A stretch of DNA of 64,000 nucleotides from Dudresnaya verticillata (Eukaryota): NCBI GenBank assembly GCA_977862235.1, contig OZ374557.1:2418001-2482000 (forward strand), given 5' to 3'. Shown here piece by piece: positions 25,806-39,958 of this stretch (its first letter is position 1; the number at the start of each line of letters is the position of its first letter). The position numbers and the translations under genes are program-made. The notes below the pieces were generated by a model. That model was not told the DNA's origin, did no database searches, and worked only from the letters and a program-made list of their open reading frames with translations.

Positions 25806-27489
25806 TATAAACACGTCCTCCTTGACTTGTTGGGTGCTGTCTTGTTTGTGCTCAATGCGAAGACCTCTGCCCTTTTCTTCCTAGAGAGAGAAAAGGGCGG
25901 AGCTTTTATATTCTATTACGGAGCCACTTGCTCCAAAGCTCCGAGCCTACTATATGCGTTTGATCAAGAACAGCACTACTGCTGATTCTAAACGGTATGG
26001 ATAAAGTAGCTGTTCTATTCGTAAACGGTATCTTCTACAGTAGCCCAAACCGCCATGCCCTCAGAACAACTACCCCCGGGGACATGGTAGTTCAAAACAT
26101 CTATCTCCGGGGACGGGCTTGAAGATGTCACGTCTTCAACGGAAGAAGTTGTTCCTGCAACGGAACATCTTCTTGGATTAGAGTAGAGCTGACAATTCTA
26201 AATTACATAACAAAAGCTTCAAGCTAGTAAGCCTGTAGTGCCACTTGGCAACGGTTCAAGCCTGTAGTGCCACTTGGCAACGGTTTTCTACATGGCCCCA
26301 TACTTGCTAGGGCGGAGTCCTAGTGAGTATTACTTCTCGTCAATGCCAAGTGCTTTGAGTGCCTTTTTTCAAGACGCCTCTTACGTGTTGTTCGTAGGAA
26401 GCTTTCTACGCGTTGCGGAATGTCTTGATACATTTGCTGCAGCGACTGCCACGTCCAGTCAGTAGCATCAGGCTGCCCTAACCACTGCACGTGAAAGAAA
26501 ATTCCGTCGGACGCCTCGCCGATATCCAGCATTTCTCGACCATCTCAAACTTAGTCTCGATATGTTCGGCTTGCTTCATCAGGTTTTTAGAAACAGGAGC
26601 GCCATCCAAGCTGGCCTTGTAGAGTAGTAGCCTAGCGGCATGGACAATTTCAGTCTTGTAATCCATGAGCCCGGTTACTTCATAAACCATGTCACCAATA
26701 TTCCTTGAAATACGGCGACCCACCCATCGAAACATCATTTTGGGTCCCTTATTCTGCGCTCTGCGCACAGAACAAAATCGCCAATTGTGAAGCCAGGCGT
26801 AACCAGGTTTGTCTTCTGGTTGTGATACGCTATCTGCTTCTGCCTATGATTGGAGACATTATTGGCCACGTCGCGGTGCATGTCTTCTAAAACATTCTGC
26901 ACCTTATTGATATTAGTGAGTTGATGCACGCGGACTTGACTTATGGGGACTGGTTCTGTCTCTTCTTGGTGTCGCACCACAAAGTTGATGCGATTGGGTA
27001 GTATTCCGGTCATGACTTCGAGGGGTGTTCTGTACGTCCCATCGATGCGCTTACCTAGGCGCCGGTGCGAAGCCTCATTTAGCGCCGTCATGACGGTATC
27101 AATAACCAGTGGCCAATCTTGTGGCCCAAGCTTGAGTTCTGAGAGTAACGCCGAGCAAGCGGCCTTAATATGTCGCATACAACTTCAATCGTACCATTAA
27201 CCCAAGGAGAATACGCAACTGTGAACCGGTGCTCAACTGTGTAGATCTTAGCTAAAGTTTTCATAACTTGATTTTTAAAATGCGACCCCTGGTCCGATAT
27301 CCAGTATTTCATTGCCGTAAATACTCGTATCTATCTTGAAAGCTCTTTCGACACTGTTTCTGCATCCGCGGCCATACTTGGACATATCCATAAGTAAGAC
27401 GAAAGGTCGTCTCGGATGATGAGGCAGTATTTCAAACCATCTGTGCCAATCCCCATAAATATGAAATCGACGCCGTCGACGATATGAAA
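25806..27489 (-). mobile_element. E5: 3' fragment of a different Gypsy lineage (integrase-chromodomain plus probable LTR 25806-26292)
   Basis: WISDQGSHFKN, HRFTVAYSPWVNGTIE, VQWLG..DWTWQSLQQMYQDIP; LTR limits tentative. Confidence 0.75.
26229..26285. repeat. 29-bp-period tandem duplication
   Basis: AAGCCTGTAGTGCCACTTGGCAACGGTT twice, separated by C. Confidence 0.95.
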
Positions 27490-28132
27490 GGCGCCGTACA
27501 GTGTTCCGGGTTCGGGCGTGCGGTCTGCATGCCAAACGGGCCGTTCTGCCCCGGGCAACCATAAGCATGCGTCGGTGACGTGTTTGCGCCGTTGGCTGGT
27601 TGTGCGCGCCGTTGGCGGTCGCCCGTCGGTAGGCGCGGAATATCAACCCGCTTGCAAGCGAAAAAGGGGACCCCCTGGCACTACACTACCCCCTCCAAAA
27701 ACGCTAACACGTCAACTTGCTTCAACCTGCCTAGCGTCCTGCATCCGCGCCGGTCATCTGCGTTATCCGCGCCTTCGCGTGTTGCACTGGCCCGCCCTTG
27801 GCGCTGTTTGAGCCCCGTCGAAGACGCACGTTCAGCTTCCCCCGCCTTTGGCGCAGGAACGTTCCCCGTCGAAGACGTACGTTTGACTAACTGCGCCAGT
27901 GGCGTGTGTGAAACCCAGTCTGTGACGTCGTATCCGTGCACGCGCTCGTGCACCTATCGCCGAGGGCGTGTCTTCGAGTTCCACCTTCGGCGTTATTTGG
28001 TCCAACGTCGTTGGCTTGTGTTTCTCGGTATCCACCTTTTGGCGTAGTTGACTTGACTAAGAGTCAAGACCGTCATTGACGTATCGTGCGAACTCCTCCA
28101 GCGGCGTGTGATTGTATAGCCTCTCAGACGTG

Positions 28133-30422
28133 ATGGCACAGTTCAATGGACTGCAAATGGCTGCGCCTTCGGCGGCGTCGGTGTATCCGTCACCATTCGA
28201 CTTTGTCGGGAGCACTCCCCGCAACGATGCGCTATTATTCTCGCGCCCCCCCTGGTTCTACCAGAAGGCCCTGCGGCACGAGGACCTCATCACCCATTAC
28301 GCTGTGAGCGGATTTTTGCCAGGGGAGTTACCCCTGGCCGTCGTGTGGACGAACGAGTGGCGCCATCGGTGCGCCATTCCGAGAGGCTGGCTACGTATTG
28401 CAGCCGGGCAGACGCGTGCAGATGCGCATGCGCGTTTCGTCGTCGACGTATATCGGCGGTCTACCCGTTATCCGGGGTCGGTATTGACGCCCACCGTCTT
28501 TGAATGTGACGCAGGGCAGTACCGCACCAATGGTGAGGTTGGGTATGGGGACCGTCTTGGAAAGTTATCACTAAGCCATGCGGCTGTTTCGGCTGAGCCG
28601 CGGGTGCTTCAGGAGGCTAACCGCCTTGGCGTACGCTTGAAAGCGGATTTCCGATACCTCCATAGGACGGGCACCTTCTTTTGGGAGCGCTGCGTCCGTT
28701 GGGAGTGCGAAACGCGCCGCCGCAAAGGCGCTTTCGTGCCGTACCAAGATACGCAAGTTGATCGCATTGAGCGGGAAAGCTGTCGCATTGCTTCATCCGT
28801 GTCCCGCCGTTGTGGCGGGACTTCGAAGTCTGCGAGGGTTTTGCGGCTGAATTGTCTCCTTGCGTCACGTATATTGGTTCCGAGTTGCGGACGGATCCGT
28901 ACTCCCGATGTTGGATCGTATTCTTCACCGAGTGGGTTGTGAACGTCACTTACGCATGGATGTAGGGTAGGTGTATGACACCCTCCGTCTCTATTACGTG
29001 CCACCACACGTGATCAGCCTCCTTGGCGGGCTGGACCTGGCCGAAGCGCTGGGTGGTGCCAAGAATTGCCAGGAGTTGTGGGATTTACGCCATGGGGCGG
29101 ATAACGTCAACTGGGACGATCAGACTGCTATGCCGCCGAAAAACAGACGCCGTAAGGCAAACTGTCCGCGTTACGCGATGAGTAGAAACCATTCCGCCGG
29201 TGGCGATTGGGTGTGGTACAACCCATGGACCAAACGTCTTACGACGGAGAACATCGCTGAGAGTCATTGTCGTACGAAGCGCTTCACGCCAGCGAACAAC
29301 CCACGCGGGTTGCGCAAGAATTGCGACTTCGCGGGTGATTTCCCGCCGCACTTGAGCGCCTTGATGGCGGAGGAGGATGCGTTCCACGCTAACAGCGGAC
29401 CGATTAACCCGTCTGAGACGGACGTCATTACGCCTATGGCGGTTGGGACTACTGCGGGGCAATAGCCCCTACGACGACTTTAGTCGTAGGACCGGCGCTT
29501 GTTGTGATTGTTGGCTTGCCGTCGGTTGCGCCGTTGGATCCCTCGGCGCCCGTCAATGACGGTGATGGTGATGCCATCATGGCTGCGCCAGTGGCGAACT
29601 CTGCGTCTGCAGTTACGCCTCAAGGCGGCATTTCTAACGTCGCTGACGGTGCGTATAGCCCTCCTGCAGTGCCCGAATGGACTGGGGAGCAGCGCCGCAC
29701 GGTGCTCGCATTCCTGCGAGCAACCGGTTTCGTCACTGACGGGGTGGGCGGGACATCGACGACGCCCCTTGGGCACTCGCTCCTGGCTGCTTTGCAGCCC
29801 GGCGTGGCCGTAGTGCCAGCGTCGACCGTCGTTGCGACCGTGCCGTCTAATGACGAAGTTGCGGCGACTAATGACGAAGTGGCGAAAGAGCCGGTGTCGC
29901 CTAAGGCGGGGTGTGCGGGTTCGTCCGCCATTGCGTCTGCTGACGGTATTAACAAAGACGAGTACGATGACAGTGCCTACGGCGGCTCCGCAGGCTACAG
30001 TAGCCTCTTCGTCCGTGACGGATATTGATCGTTCAACGCCTTTGGCGGTTAATGGGGTCCCGTCACCGGAGGTGCCGGGGCCGTCGACTTCGCCCAAGGC
30101 GGTTGAGGATGCTCCGCCTCGAAAGGCAACGGAGCTTCCTTGTGTAGCGCCTACGGTGGATAATGATTCTAACTCTGCGGCTGTGGAGGTTGACAAAGAT
30201 TCGTCGCCTAAGGCGGGGAGTGAGCCAAGCTCCTCACCAGCGGCGGATGTCGCGGCTTCGACAGCGGTGGTTGTGGCGGGCCCCTTGCGGTCTGTCCCTG
30301 CACCCACTGCGAGCGCATCGTTGGTGACGGAAGACAATCTATACGAAGAGGCGTTAAGAGAATCCGCCAATGGCGTCGGGGATGATGCCCCATCTGAGCC
30401 GTCTGCGACGAAAAAGCCGTAG
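28133..30422 (+). pseudogene. E4 antisense accessory ORF (type B), frameshifted
   Basis: MAQFNGLQMAAPSAAS...SEPSATKKP*, collinear with the intact 59165-61471 copy; split over four ORFs. Confidence 0.9.
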
Positions 30423-31613
30423 CGTTGTCGGATCGTTAAGAACGGTTGACAAACCCGAGAGCGCGTGTGATGTCGCTTTGCCTGCCCCGAAGCGGGTTGA
30501 TGAGCGAGGGATTCATACGTCTCGCGACGTAGGTCGTAGTGAGAAGTTATACGGGCACGGGGGTTACCCCCGCTTGTGAAGCCCTAATAAACTTGACCGT
30601 TGTTAAACGTAATTACTTATAGTCCCACTTGGTGTAGAGCGCTGCGATAGCGAGAAGTGTGTAGCCGACGGGTTGCGTTTGTGGCATCGTTGTTGTTTCG
30701 GTTCGCTGTAGTAGCGCTTGCATAACTGCTTGGGGTGGTTTTGCCTTGGCGGCGCCCTCCTTCTTGTTGCCGCTACAGTAGCGTAGGCCCTTTTTGGGGG
30801 AGCCCATGTTCTTCAGTTGACTTAGTCGTTTGTTCACATCGTGATTCCGCTTGTTAAGCGAGTATGTCGTTAGGAATCCGTTTCTCGGTTGGCTTTTCGT
30901 CTTTGACGTAGGAATTGTTGGGTTGGAGTCGGGGGCGCTTGGGTTTGCGTTGCCCCGCGTGCTGGGCGCGTCTCCTGCGACTCCTGGGCGCGGTTGCCAC
31001 GCCCAGCGGCGGAATCATTTTTGCGACTAGCGCGTCGTGCACGAAACGTAGCCTAACTCCGTCTTAGACGACTGGTTCTTCTCTCGTGTTTGCGGGCGAC
31101 CCCTTTTCAGAGTTGAAACACGTCGTTGACGTCCACGGGCGTTGGCCTTGGAGCGCTTGCGAGTGCCGACCGTAAGGGTGGTGAGTTTCGGACTTGGACG
31201 TGGGTGTGGGAGACGGTCTGTTGCGTCCGGGCTTGCGTTTTCCTCGTGGGCGCTCGTAGTGCCGGGGCACACAAACTTGTCGGATCTTCTTTTGTTGGGC
31301 ACCGCCTGGCTGGCGGCGCCTTCGCGTTATTATTTTCACATTAAAATTTTCCATTTCGTTTGTTACCCGATTTCGTGTGGTGCGTGCGCCCTCCACGGCT
31401 TCTGACTACTGTCAGCCGTCCTGTACTTACGGACCCCCTCCGAAGAGGGTTGCCTATTCGCGTGTCGCCAACCCAACCGTCCCTGACGCGGTAGATTACA
31501 GCATCCTTCGTCCGTAACAAGTGCACGTCCGCGTCAACATGGATGGGGGTGTGGCGTGTACTGTCGCCGAATTAGACTGCCCCGTTCGCTTCCAGCGTTC
31601 ACCCTGACTAGGG

Positions 31614-34600
31614 TTACCCGCGCTGCGCGTCGTCGATGTTTGGCGGCAGGCGCGTGTGCTTCTGATGATGATATCGCCCGACGTATGATCGCGGTAGACT
31701 GGAGATTGGCTCCCAGGTATTCGATGAGGCGGGGTATCCAAACCACTTGACGCAGTAGAGGATCTCCCCGTCTTCTGCGTGTGCGTGCGACTCAACCCGT
31801 TCGATGACGTACTCCTTCGCGCTTGCAGCAGTCGACGGGGACTCCTGCCGTTCTAGCGCCTCTGGCGGTTCATTTCGTTGCGTGATGGGCGTCTGCACCG
31901 GTTCTGCAAACCGTACTCGACGAGTCGATCGTCTAAGGCGCTGGGTCGGTGCCCCGAGCGCTTCCGTAGCGGATTGTGGTTCGTCGCTTTTGCGTCCTGG
32001 TTCCACGCTTGCAGCGGTGTCCTTCGCGTTAGCACGGCCTTCCTCATCGTCAGTCGATGTGCTCGAAGCGGGACCTACATTGGTAGCAGGCGAAGCCGAG
32101 GTTGCGTGTCCCATTCGCGTACGGATGCCCGGACCCTCCTCCTCGTCGGAGACAGATTGCGAGGCCCCGTCGTCGGGGTTGGGGGCGAAGGGCGAGCGCT
32201 CTGCCAACCCGCGACTTCGCGGAGTTGCATTCATTTGCTCCTGCGAGTCTTCCGCGCTTCGCGATGTCCCTGTGCCTCCTGCCGGGTCCGTCTGTGGCGT
32301 GTCTGGGGTTCCTGCTCCTTCGTCGGTTGGCCTGGGGGCAGTTTGCCCCTGGACGTCAGGTGGTCCCAGTGGTTGCACGGTTGCGGGGGCGGCGTGCCCT
32401 GGTGGGGTTGGCGCCCATACCACGCGGTCCCGGGATAAACGCTCGCGTTCTACGCGTCCCTTGTCGACGGTGACTGTATCGTCGTTGGCTTGAGCGACTC
32501 GATACGGTCCATCCGCCACAGGCGCGAGCTTGTGCTTGCGTTCTGCTCGATCGGTGCTCCCGCCGCGGGCGAATTATTCCTTCCGCACGAATGCGAAGTC
32601 ACCCACAGCGATTTTCTCCTTCGATTTCCTCAGGCGAGTATCTAAGTTCCGTTTGTAACGCGCCTGCGCTTTCTAGAGCGACGCTTTAGCGGTTCACATC
32701 AATGTTGTAAGCCAAGTGCGCCACTTGGTGTAGCACTGGCCGGCGGTGGGCACGCTTTCAAGCGACGGCTCCGCTTCCAGCGACAATGGCCGCGGGGGCT
32801 TGGATAGTACCAGTTCGAACGGAGCGAGGTGTGCAGACGAATGAAGTTGCGTATTGTTCGCGAACGTCAAAGCGTCGGTGAACAAATCCCGGTCCCTTGG
32901 GTGGGCTGCTACGTATTGACGCAGTGAGGCGAGGATGGTTCGATTGAATCGTTCCACCTGGCCGTTACACTGCGGATGATACGTAGTGGTGAAGAGATTC
33001 TCCACCCTAGGATGCGGCAGACGTCCTGGAACAACTTTGATACAAATTGGGCCCATTGTCGGACAGCAACTTCTTGGGTGGGCCATACACAAACACCCAG
33101 TGTCTAAGAAACGCCTTAGCGATTTCCAATGCCATAATATTACGTAAGGGAACCGTCCGGAACAGCTTCGAGGAGCGGTCCACAATGACGAGTAGGAACT
33201 TATTCCCCCGCTTAGTACTTATGGGCTCCTCGAGTATATCGATGGACACAAACTGGAGGGCTCGGTTGCTGGGAGCAGTTTCATCTCCTTCACGTTCTTT
33301 CGCCTCAGTACCCGGTTCTTCGCGCAAGTAACGCAATTGAGGACGGTCACGTAACAATCCACCAACATAGACGGCCAATAATATTCGCGTCGAAGCGTAT
33401 GGTACAGCTTCCGCCCCCCGGGATGTACTGCTAATTTAGCGTGATGCCGGAGGTGGGGCAGTCGAACGCGTAACGCGGATGGTGCAACGACTTGAGGTCG
33501 GGCCTCGACGGTCCGAACCAATAATCCCTGTTCATCCGTTGCAAACCGTAGGGCGTCTCCGTCGTCTAGACGTTTCCGGATCTCAGAACAGTACTAGTCA
33601 TTGCCCTGGGCATGCACCAACTCTTCATGCATCAATTGACGGAGGAGTACTTCATTCGCCAGTGGCGCGTTGGTAACCAACATCTAGTCAAACTCCTCGA
33701 ACTCTCGTTCAGAGAGATCGACCTCGCCCTTGGCGTTTTGACATATCCCTTTCTGCGTGAGCGTAGCCGCCCTCTGGCGAGTGATCCTCGTCCTTGACGC
33801 AACTTCCGTGGTAACACGGGATATCATCGTCAATTGGTTCGACGGTTTCGCCGTTCGTCTGTAGACGTGAGAGGGCATCTGCCTGAGTATTCAGGTATCC
33901 CTTTTTATACTTCACGACGAAGTCGAATTCAGAGAGACGAAGGCGCCATCTCATTAACCGTCCCGAAGGGTCGCTGATTTCCATCAGCCACCTCAGCGCC
34001 GAATGGTCCGTATGGACTACGAAGGACTCCATCTGAAGGTACGGTCTCAACGTTGTGATCGACCAAACTTTTGCGAGGCATTCCTTTTCGGATACCGAAT
34101 AGTTGCGCTCCGGAGCGGTTAACGAGCCTGACCAGAATCCAAGCGGCTCCCGTTCACCGTCAGACTGCGTTTGGAAGAGTGCGCAGCCGACTTGGTATTC
34201 ACTTGCGTCACAATCGACGGAGTACGGTAGTCCCTGCTGTGGAAACGACAGGATTGGCGGGTGAGTAACCGCTTCGACAAACGTGCTAAATGCCTGGGCT
34301 TGCCCCTCGGTGAACGGTTGTAACCGGAAGTCTTGCTCTTTCCTCAAATTTTGGTGAGGGGAGCGGCGACATGCGCGTATCGCGATACAAACCGTCTCTA
34401 GACGTTGCACAATCCGAGAAAGCTCCATAATTCCTTCTGGTCCCACGGATGCTTGGCTTCGAGTAACGCGGAGGTGACCATGCGGTCTACTTCCAATCGT
34501 CCCAGACGTATCACATGGCCTAGATAGTTGACGGTCGGGGTGAAGAAGTCGCACTTGGTTACCTTCAGTGTCACTCCGGCCCGATACAAGGTCGAAAGGA

Positions 34601-36349
34601 TCTCGTCCACGTGACGGAAGTGACTGTCGATATCGTTAGAGAAAATTATCACATCGTCAAGGTAGACGAGGCATGAGCGCCACTTGTAACCAGCAAGCAA
34701 GATATCGAGGGTGCGTTGGAACGTGGCCGGTGCGTTAGTAAGCCCGAAGTGCATACGCTTATAGCGGAACAACCCGGCATGGCACGCGAACGCAGTCTTT
34801 TCGCGATCCCGCGGGTTGATGGGCACCTGCTAGTAACCACTATTGCAGTCTAGGGTAGTGGAGACGTTAGCTTCCCCTAGACTGTCAATACATTCGTCGA
34901 TTCGCGGGAGGGGGTACCTATCTCGTACCGTCACAGCGTTCAAGCGACGGTAGTCAACGCAGAAGCGGAGCGTACCGTCCTTCTTGGGAGTAAAGACGAC
35001 CGGTGACACCCATGGCGATTGTGCTGGTTAGATAACCCCGTTACGCAACATGCGATAAACCTCCACTTGAGCGAGTTGCCTTTGCTTTGGGCCAGCGCGG
35101 TAGGGCGGGGATGAAATCGGCCTGGACCCGGGGAGCAAGTCAATATAGTGCTCCGTGGTTGCGATTTCTCCTAATGAACCGTCCCAAATTGACGCGTACC
35201 TGCGCAGCATCTCCTTCATCCGTTCTTGCCGTTCGGCTGAGAGATGAATCAGGTCCAACTCGTCCACTGACGGGGGTTTAGCTACAGTTGCTTCGATCGA
35301 CTTAGCCATTGTATCCGGCTTTGCCGTTACTCCATCATTCGTTTGAAAACGGAAATCTTGATTCGACTCTTCCTCCGCTGCTTGCTCCTGGGTGATACCT
35401 AGGACATCGGCTAGACTTATGTGACTGGGGAACACTGCTGTGGGATGTGGAAACGCAGTAGCGACAACTTGTCCTTTGACGAGCGCTTGCGGACGCGGAG
35501 AAACGTTTGCGACGAGAATCCGGAACGCTCTCAGCGGCTCTACTTGAGCGACCCCGTTAGTAACGGCCAAAGCTTGCTGATCATATAACGTTCCAAACGG
35601 CTGGATGGTAATGACATCTGCTCGCTCGGTCGTTACCGAGATCCACTTTTGCGCCTGTGGCGGGATGATTGTTCGTTCCGCAACGCGTATCTTGGGCGAC
35701 ATTCGCCCTCCGGCCGTGCCGTACTTTTGTTCCGTTGGCAACGGGGGTACGACGGGTGCCGGCGCGGCGGGTGGCGCGTTATAGGGACGCGGGTCCCGTC
35801 GTCCAACTCAATCTCGCGACTTCGCGGATAAATCGCTTCGACAAAGCGGTCGCAAAAGTCGCAACCGAGTATAACCGGCGCAGCGAGCCGTTCACAGACG
35901 ATCAACTCTAACTTGACAACCCTCCGTCCGAGACGTACGACTAAGTCGATAGTGCCCCGGGTTTGAATCGCCTTGTTGTTAACGTCTGGTATGACGGGAA
36001 GACTCTTGGATACGATCCGTGGTCGAGAATCTAGCGGAATGTCGTCAATGCGAATGAAATTCGGACCAGCCCCCGTGCCGAGGACAGTACGTTTCCGTCC
36101 CAAGGTACCTAAAGTTACGCCCAGGTCGGCTTATACCTTGTAGTTCCTTTTGGCCATTACCAACAACTGTCCCCGGGCCTGTGGGGGCTGGTACCTACGC
36201 CACGGGCGCTGCAAGGACGTCTGTGACGAGTCTACCCGCCTATGGGCGTGTTTGTTAGCTACGTTCGGGCCCTCCTTCCGTGTCAGCACCCGAGGCGGAA
36301 GCCTCTCTGCGTGGTGCGACAACCCAGTGTCAGGAGTTGGTACCCTCAA
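31614..36349 (-). pseudogene. pol: E4 pol: protease, RT, RNase H, integrase, chromodomain
   Basis: VLGTGAGPNFI (DTG mutated), LVYLDDVIIFS, VDCDASEYQVG, HPGG..CVTC, LLSDNGP, YHPQCNGQVERFN, YVIERVESH..YCVKWFGY..NTWEP. Confidence 0.93.
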
Positions 36350-38916
36350 TGGTTTTTCTCCTGCGGCGGTTGTAGCGGCGCTGTATAGCTATTGATCACC
36401 GTCGGATGACGTCCTGCTGCATGCAGCATAGGCCCGCCCCGTGGCGATGGTGGACGCGCCGAACGATGTGATGCTTCGCGCAAGGCGTGTTCCGTGTACC
36501 GAGTGTACGCATCAGCGGGGACACCCGCCTTCTCAGCGTCTGTTAAGCCTTCGTAGTTGGCGATTGCTTTCATATACTCGCTCATGCGGAGGAAGCAGTC
36601 CGGTGCGATGTGCCCACGGGCATAACACTGGTGACAGATCAACTGTCTGCGAGCGTCTAGACGGAACGGACCCCTGTCTTCCCAATCTGGCCTTGCCCGA
36701 TGGACATTGTGGGCATACGCCGAGTACGGAACGCGTGGCGCGGGCACAACGGAACGCCCAAAGGCGAGTGTAGGGTCCATTGCCCCGGTGTCCTCGTCTT
36801 CGACGTAGCTGTCCGTTGGTAACGCTGATGTTGGCACTGAAGCTTGTTCGTAGGCCAAGTAGAGATGTCCATCTGCGTGTGTTTCCATATCGTCCGCATG
36901 ACGGGTGACATCACGGAACTCAACGGAAGACTCCGCTATCATAGCGCGTGCGGCAGGCTTCGCGCCCCTTGTCTGTTGACGTAGAACCGTTCGTTTGTCG
37001 CCAATGTCGGGGCGCAATACGCGAGCGGCTTGGGCCGGGGCCATTATATCCCGTCGTACTGGCGTCGAACCGGCCCTGCCGTGTCTTGCGCGTTGCGCGT
37101 CGCCTTCATCTTGTGCGAAGTGGACTAAACGTTCAAGAGATAACTCCGCCCTCGGCGCTTCTTCGCGGAAGCGGGCCACTAAAGACCTGATCGTCGGGTC
37201 TAACCCATCGATGTACAGTGTCATCTTTCCCATTCGGGATAAACGTTACCGCAACTAGTACATGCGCCGGCGAGTTTCATGCCGTAAGTCGTTTCGTCTT
37301 GGCCCTGATTCTGACTAGTCGACCGCAGGGCGAGGACAGCGTCTAAAATCGCCGAAGGCGTGGCGTACGTGCGGAGAAGGTAGTGTACCGCCTCCGGGTA
37401 CGACGATACGCCCCCGCGGTGCCGTGAGGACGTCGATTTGACGGAGCGGAATTGCGTGGCTGCCGTACCTCGTAAGAAGTACGGCAGTGCGACGAACGCT
37501 TGTGCTTCGCTCATCTCTAGCATGTCCGCTTCATCCGCGAACCGCGTTAAAAATTCGAGAACCATGACGGGGTCGCTGCCGTTGAAGGCGGCGTCCTTCA
37601 TTGTTAACTCGAGTCGCTTGATATGGTCTTTGACCTTCCCGGTTTCGCGTCCAGATCGTTTCTGTCCCACGTCTTGAAGACGGTAGGTTCGATACGATAG
37701 TAACTGATCGAAGAGGGGGTGGGAGGGGCTCAGCTCCTTCAACCTCTTTTAACGCTTTCCGCGGGGCCACATGGCACTGCGGTGAGCGATGCGGTCATCG
37801 TCATCGGACGACGCGTCGGTCGACCCATCGTCACTAGACGTATCCGAGGAGGATGAGGAGGAGTCCCCTCGTCTGTGACGGTTCTTCTTCCGTCCATGAC
37901 GTGGCTTGCGGCGATTCTTGTTTCGCCTTTTCCGCTCCTTGCGTCGGTGACGATCTTCTGCGGAACTATCGTCGTCAGACTGCGGCCCTTGTCGCCATTT
38001 GGCGGTTTCCAGTCGCTCCAAGCGGGTTGCTAATCGCTGAAAGCGTTCACGTGAACTCAGTTCTGACTGAGAGCGGACCATCAAAGTGGACCGTCAATGC
38101 CGCTGGCTGCGGGGCATTTACTCCGTGGTTTGGGTTCGTCATCAGACGGTCGAGGTCGGAACGGAGTCCTTGAAGGGCACCGTCCCGATCTTCTTCCAAC
38201 GTCTGCAGACCTCGGAAGATACCTCCGAAATTGTCGTCTAACATCTCCGCGAATCGAGCGAGTAAGTTACCGTCTTCAGCGACGCATACTTCCCAAATCC
38301 GCTCCCAAGGTATTGTGAGATTACCAACACGGGCGGATGCTGGGGATGCCACTGGCGGTGTGCGCGCGGGGGTCGGCGCATGAGGCGGACCCCCCGTGCT
38401 GCGCTGTTGCGCTAACGGCCTGGCCGGTGAACATCCGACACTGCCGTGGGGTGAGGGGCAGCAGCCCCTCGGGATTTGTGTTTCGTCTACGACGTTGCGC
38501 CCCGCAGGGCGTTCTTGGTCGTCGTCGACGGGTAAGGTTGGTTGGTGGACCGGAACTTCCGGTTATTCCTCGACGATGTCGGCTTGGGCTCCGTCCTCGA
38601 CGGGCCGCTGTTCGGCTCGGACCATGTCAGCGGAATCCACGTGCGAGTGATAGGTTTGGAGGGCCGATTCGTTGGGAACGGTGGTACGGATGACGACGGG
38701 TATCGGCGGGGGAGGTACTTCTACCCTGTTGAGCGATACATGGGAGTGATTGTGGCCAGGACCGGTCGGAAAGGCCGATTCGATCTCAGAGCTCACGAGG
38801 CGCCCAGACCTCGTTGTCATCCGCTGTAGCGAGCGTTCCGACGCGGGGACACTCCCCGGCGTCGATGACGGTCTTCTTGAACTTGGGCCTCGCGACGGCG
38901 GCGGTCGTGAGGCCAT
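36346..38916 (-). pseudogene. gag: E4 gag with CCHC zinc knuckle
   Basis: Starts about 110 nt after the PBS; basic and Ser-rich tract; FNGSDPVMVLEFL..YLLRTYAT; CHQCYARGHIAPDC; several frameshifts. Confidence 0.85.
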
Positions 38917-39958
38917 AATGCAGTCGTAGAGTTGCTTGAACGTCGTGGACGATTAGCGACGGATGTCTGAAGACGGAAAGTCGGACGTCGCACGACGGAG
39001 TAACTCGTTGAAACTCAGCACACCTCTAGGTCGGGAGACCAGTTGCGGTGCAAACGTCCTAGACGGAACGCTGCCGAGCAGTTCGGGGCTCGGTGGGTAG
39101 CGACGCCTTTGGCGGTGAGTAGCCTCGCCTTGGGCGGCTTGTGGTAGAGCAGTTCACACGCCTTGGGCGGACTGTAAACGCCCGAGGCGGAAAGGAAGAA
39201 CAAAGGAGAACAAAAAGGAAACACGTCAAGGACGGTGATGGACGTGGAAGCACGGGAGGTAGACGCTTAGGCCGTAGGCAGCGGTAGGGTACGCGCGTGT
39301 GGAATGGGGAAGTCTGGACCAAGCCCGGCTTACCGGGAGTTTACCTCAACGTCTGGGACGGATCAACTAAGTATAGAACTACCTAGTGGCGGCGACGCGT
39401 GCATACGCGCCGCGAGGGAACTCGGGACGCGTGTTGTCCCGAGCTGCGTCTGACATATCCGTCCGTCATGCAGCCACGCTCCTGACAGATCATGCGTAGC
39501 TGCCCTGCTCGAGTCCTTACGCATACACGTGGATGTACTTCCTTGCAGCCGCGCGCGCCTCATGATGCGTGCGATCTCGATCCGCACTAATCCCGATCCG
39601 ATCCGGATTCGGGCCAGCCATGCGGATGCGCCAGGCTTATAGGCGCGTGCCTTACACCTCTTAATCCGCATGTCTGATCTTGATGTGGGACCTCGATTGG
39701 ATCCGGATCCGGGCCACGCTTACAGCGGACGTTCCCGCCACTGCGCCATGCGCGCACGCGTGGCGCCGTACAGTGTTCCGGGTTCGGGCGTGCGGTCCGC
39801 ACGCCAAACGGGCCGTTCTGCCCTGGGCGGCCAGGGGCATGCGTCGGTGACGTGTTTGCGCCGTTGGCGGGTTGTACGCGCCGTTGGCGGTCGCCCGTCG
39901 GTAGACGCGGAATATCAACTCGCTTGCAAGCGGAAAAGAGGACCCCCCTGGCACTACA

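Larger units (their letters stand above)
27490..39958 (-). mobile_element. E4: near full-length Gypsy chromovirus-type element, degenerate, 3' LTR truncated
   Basis: 5' LTR 39044-39958, PBS 39025-39041, gag, pol, antisense ORF, PPT complement 27686-27696, 3' LTR remnant 27490-27685 ending GGCACTACA. Confidence 0.93.
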
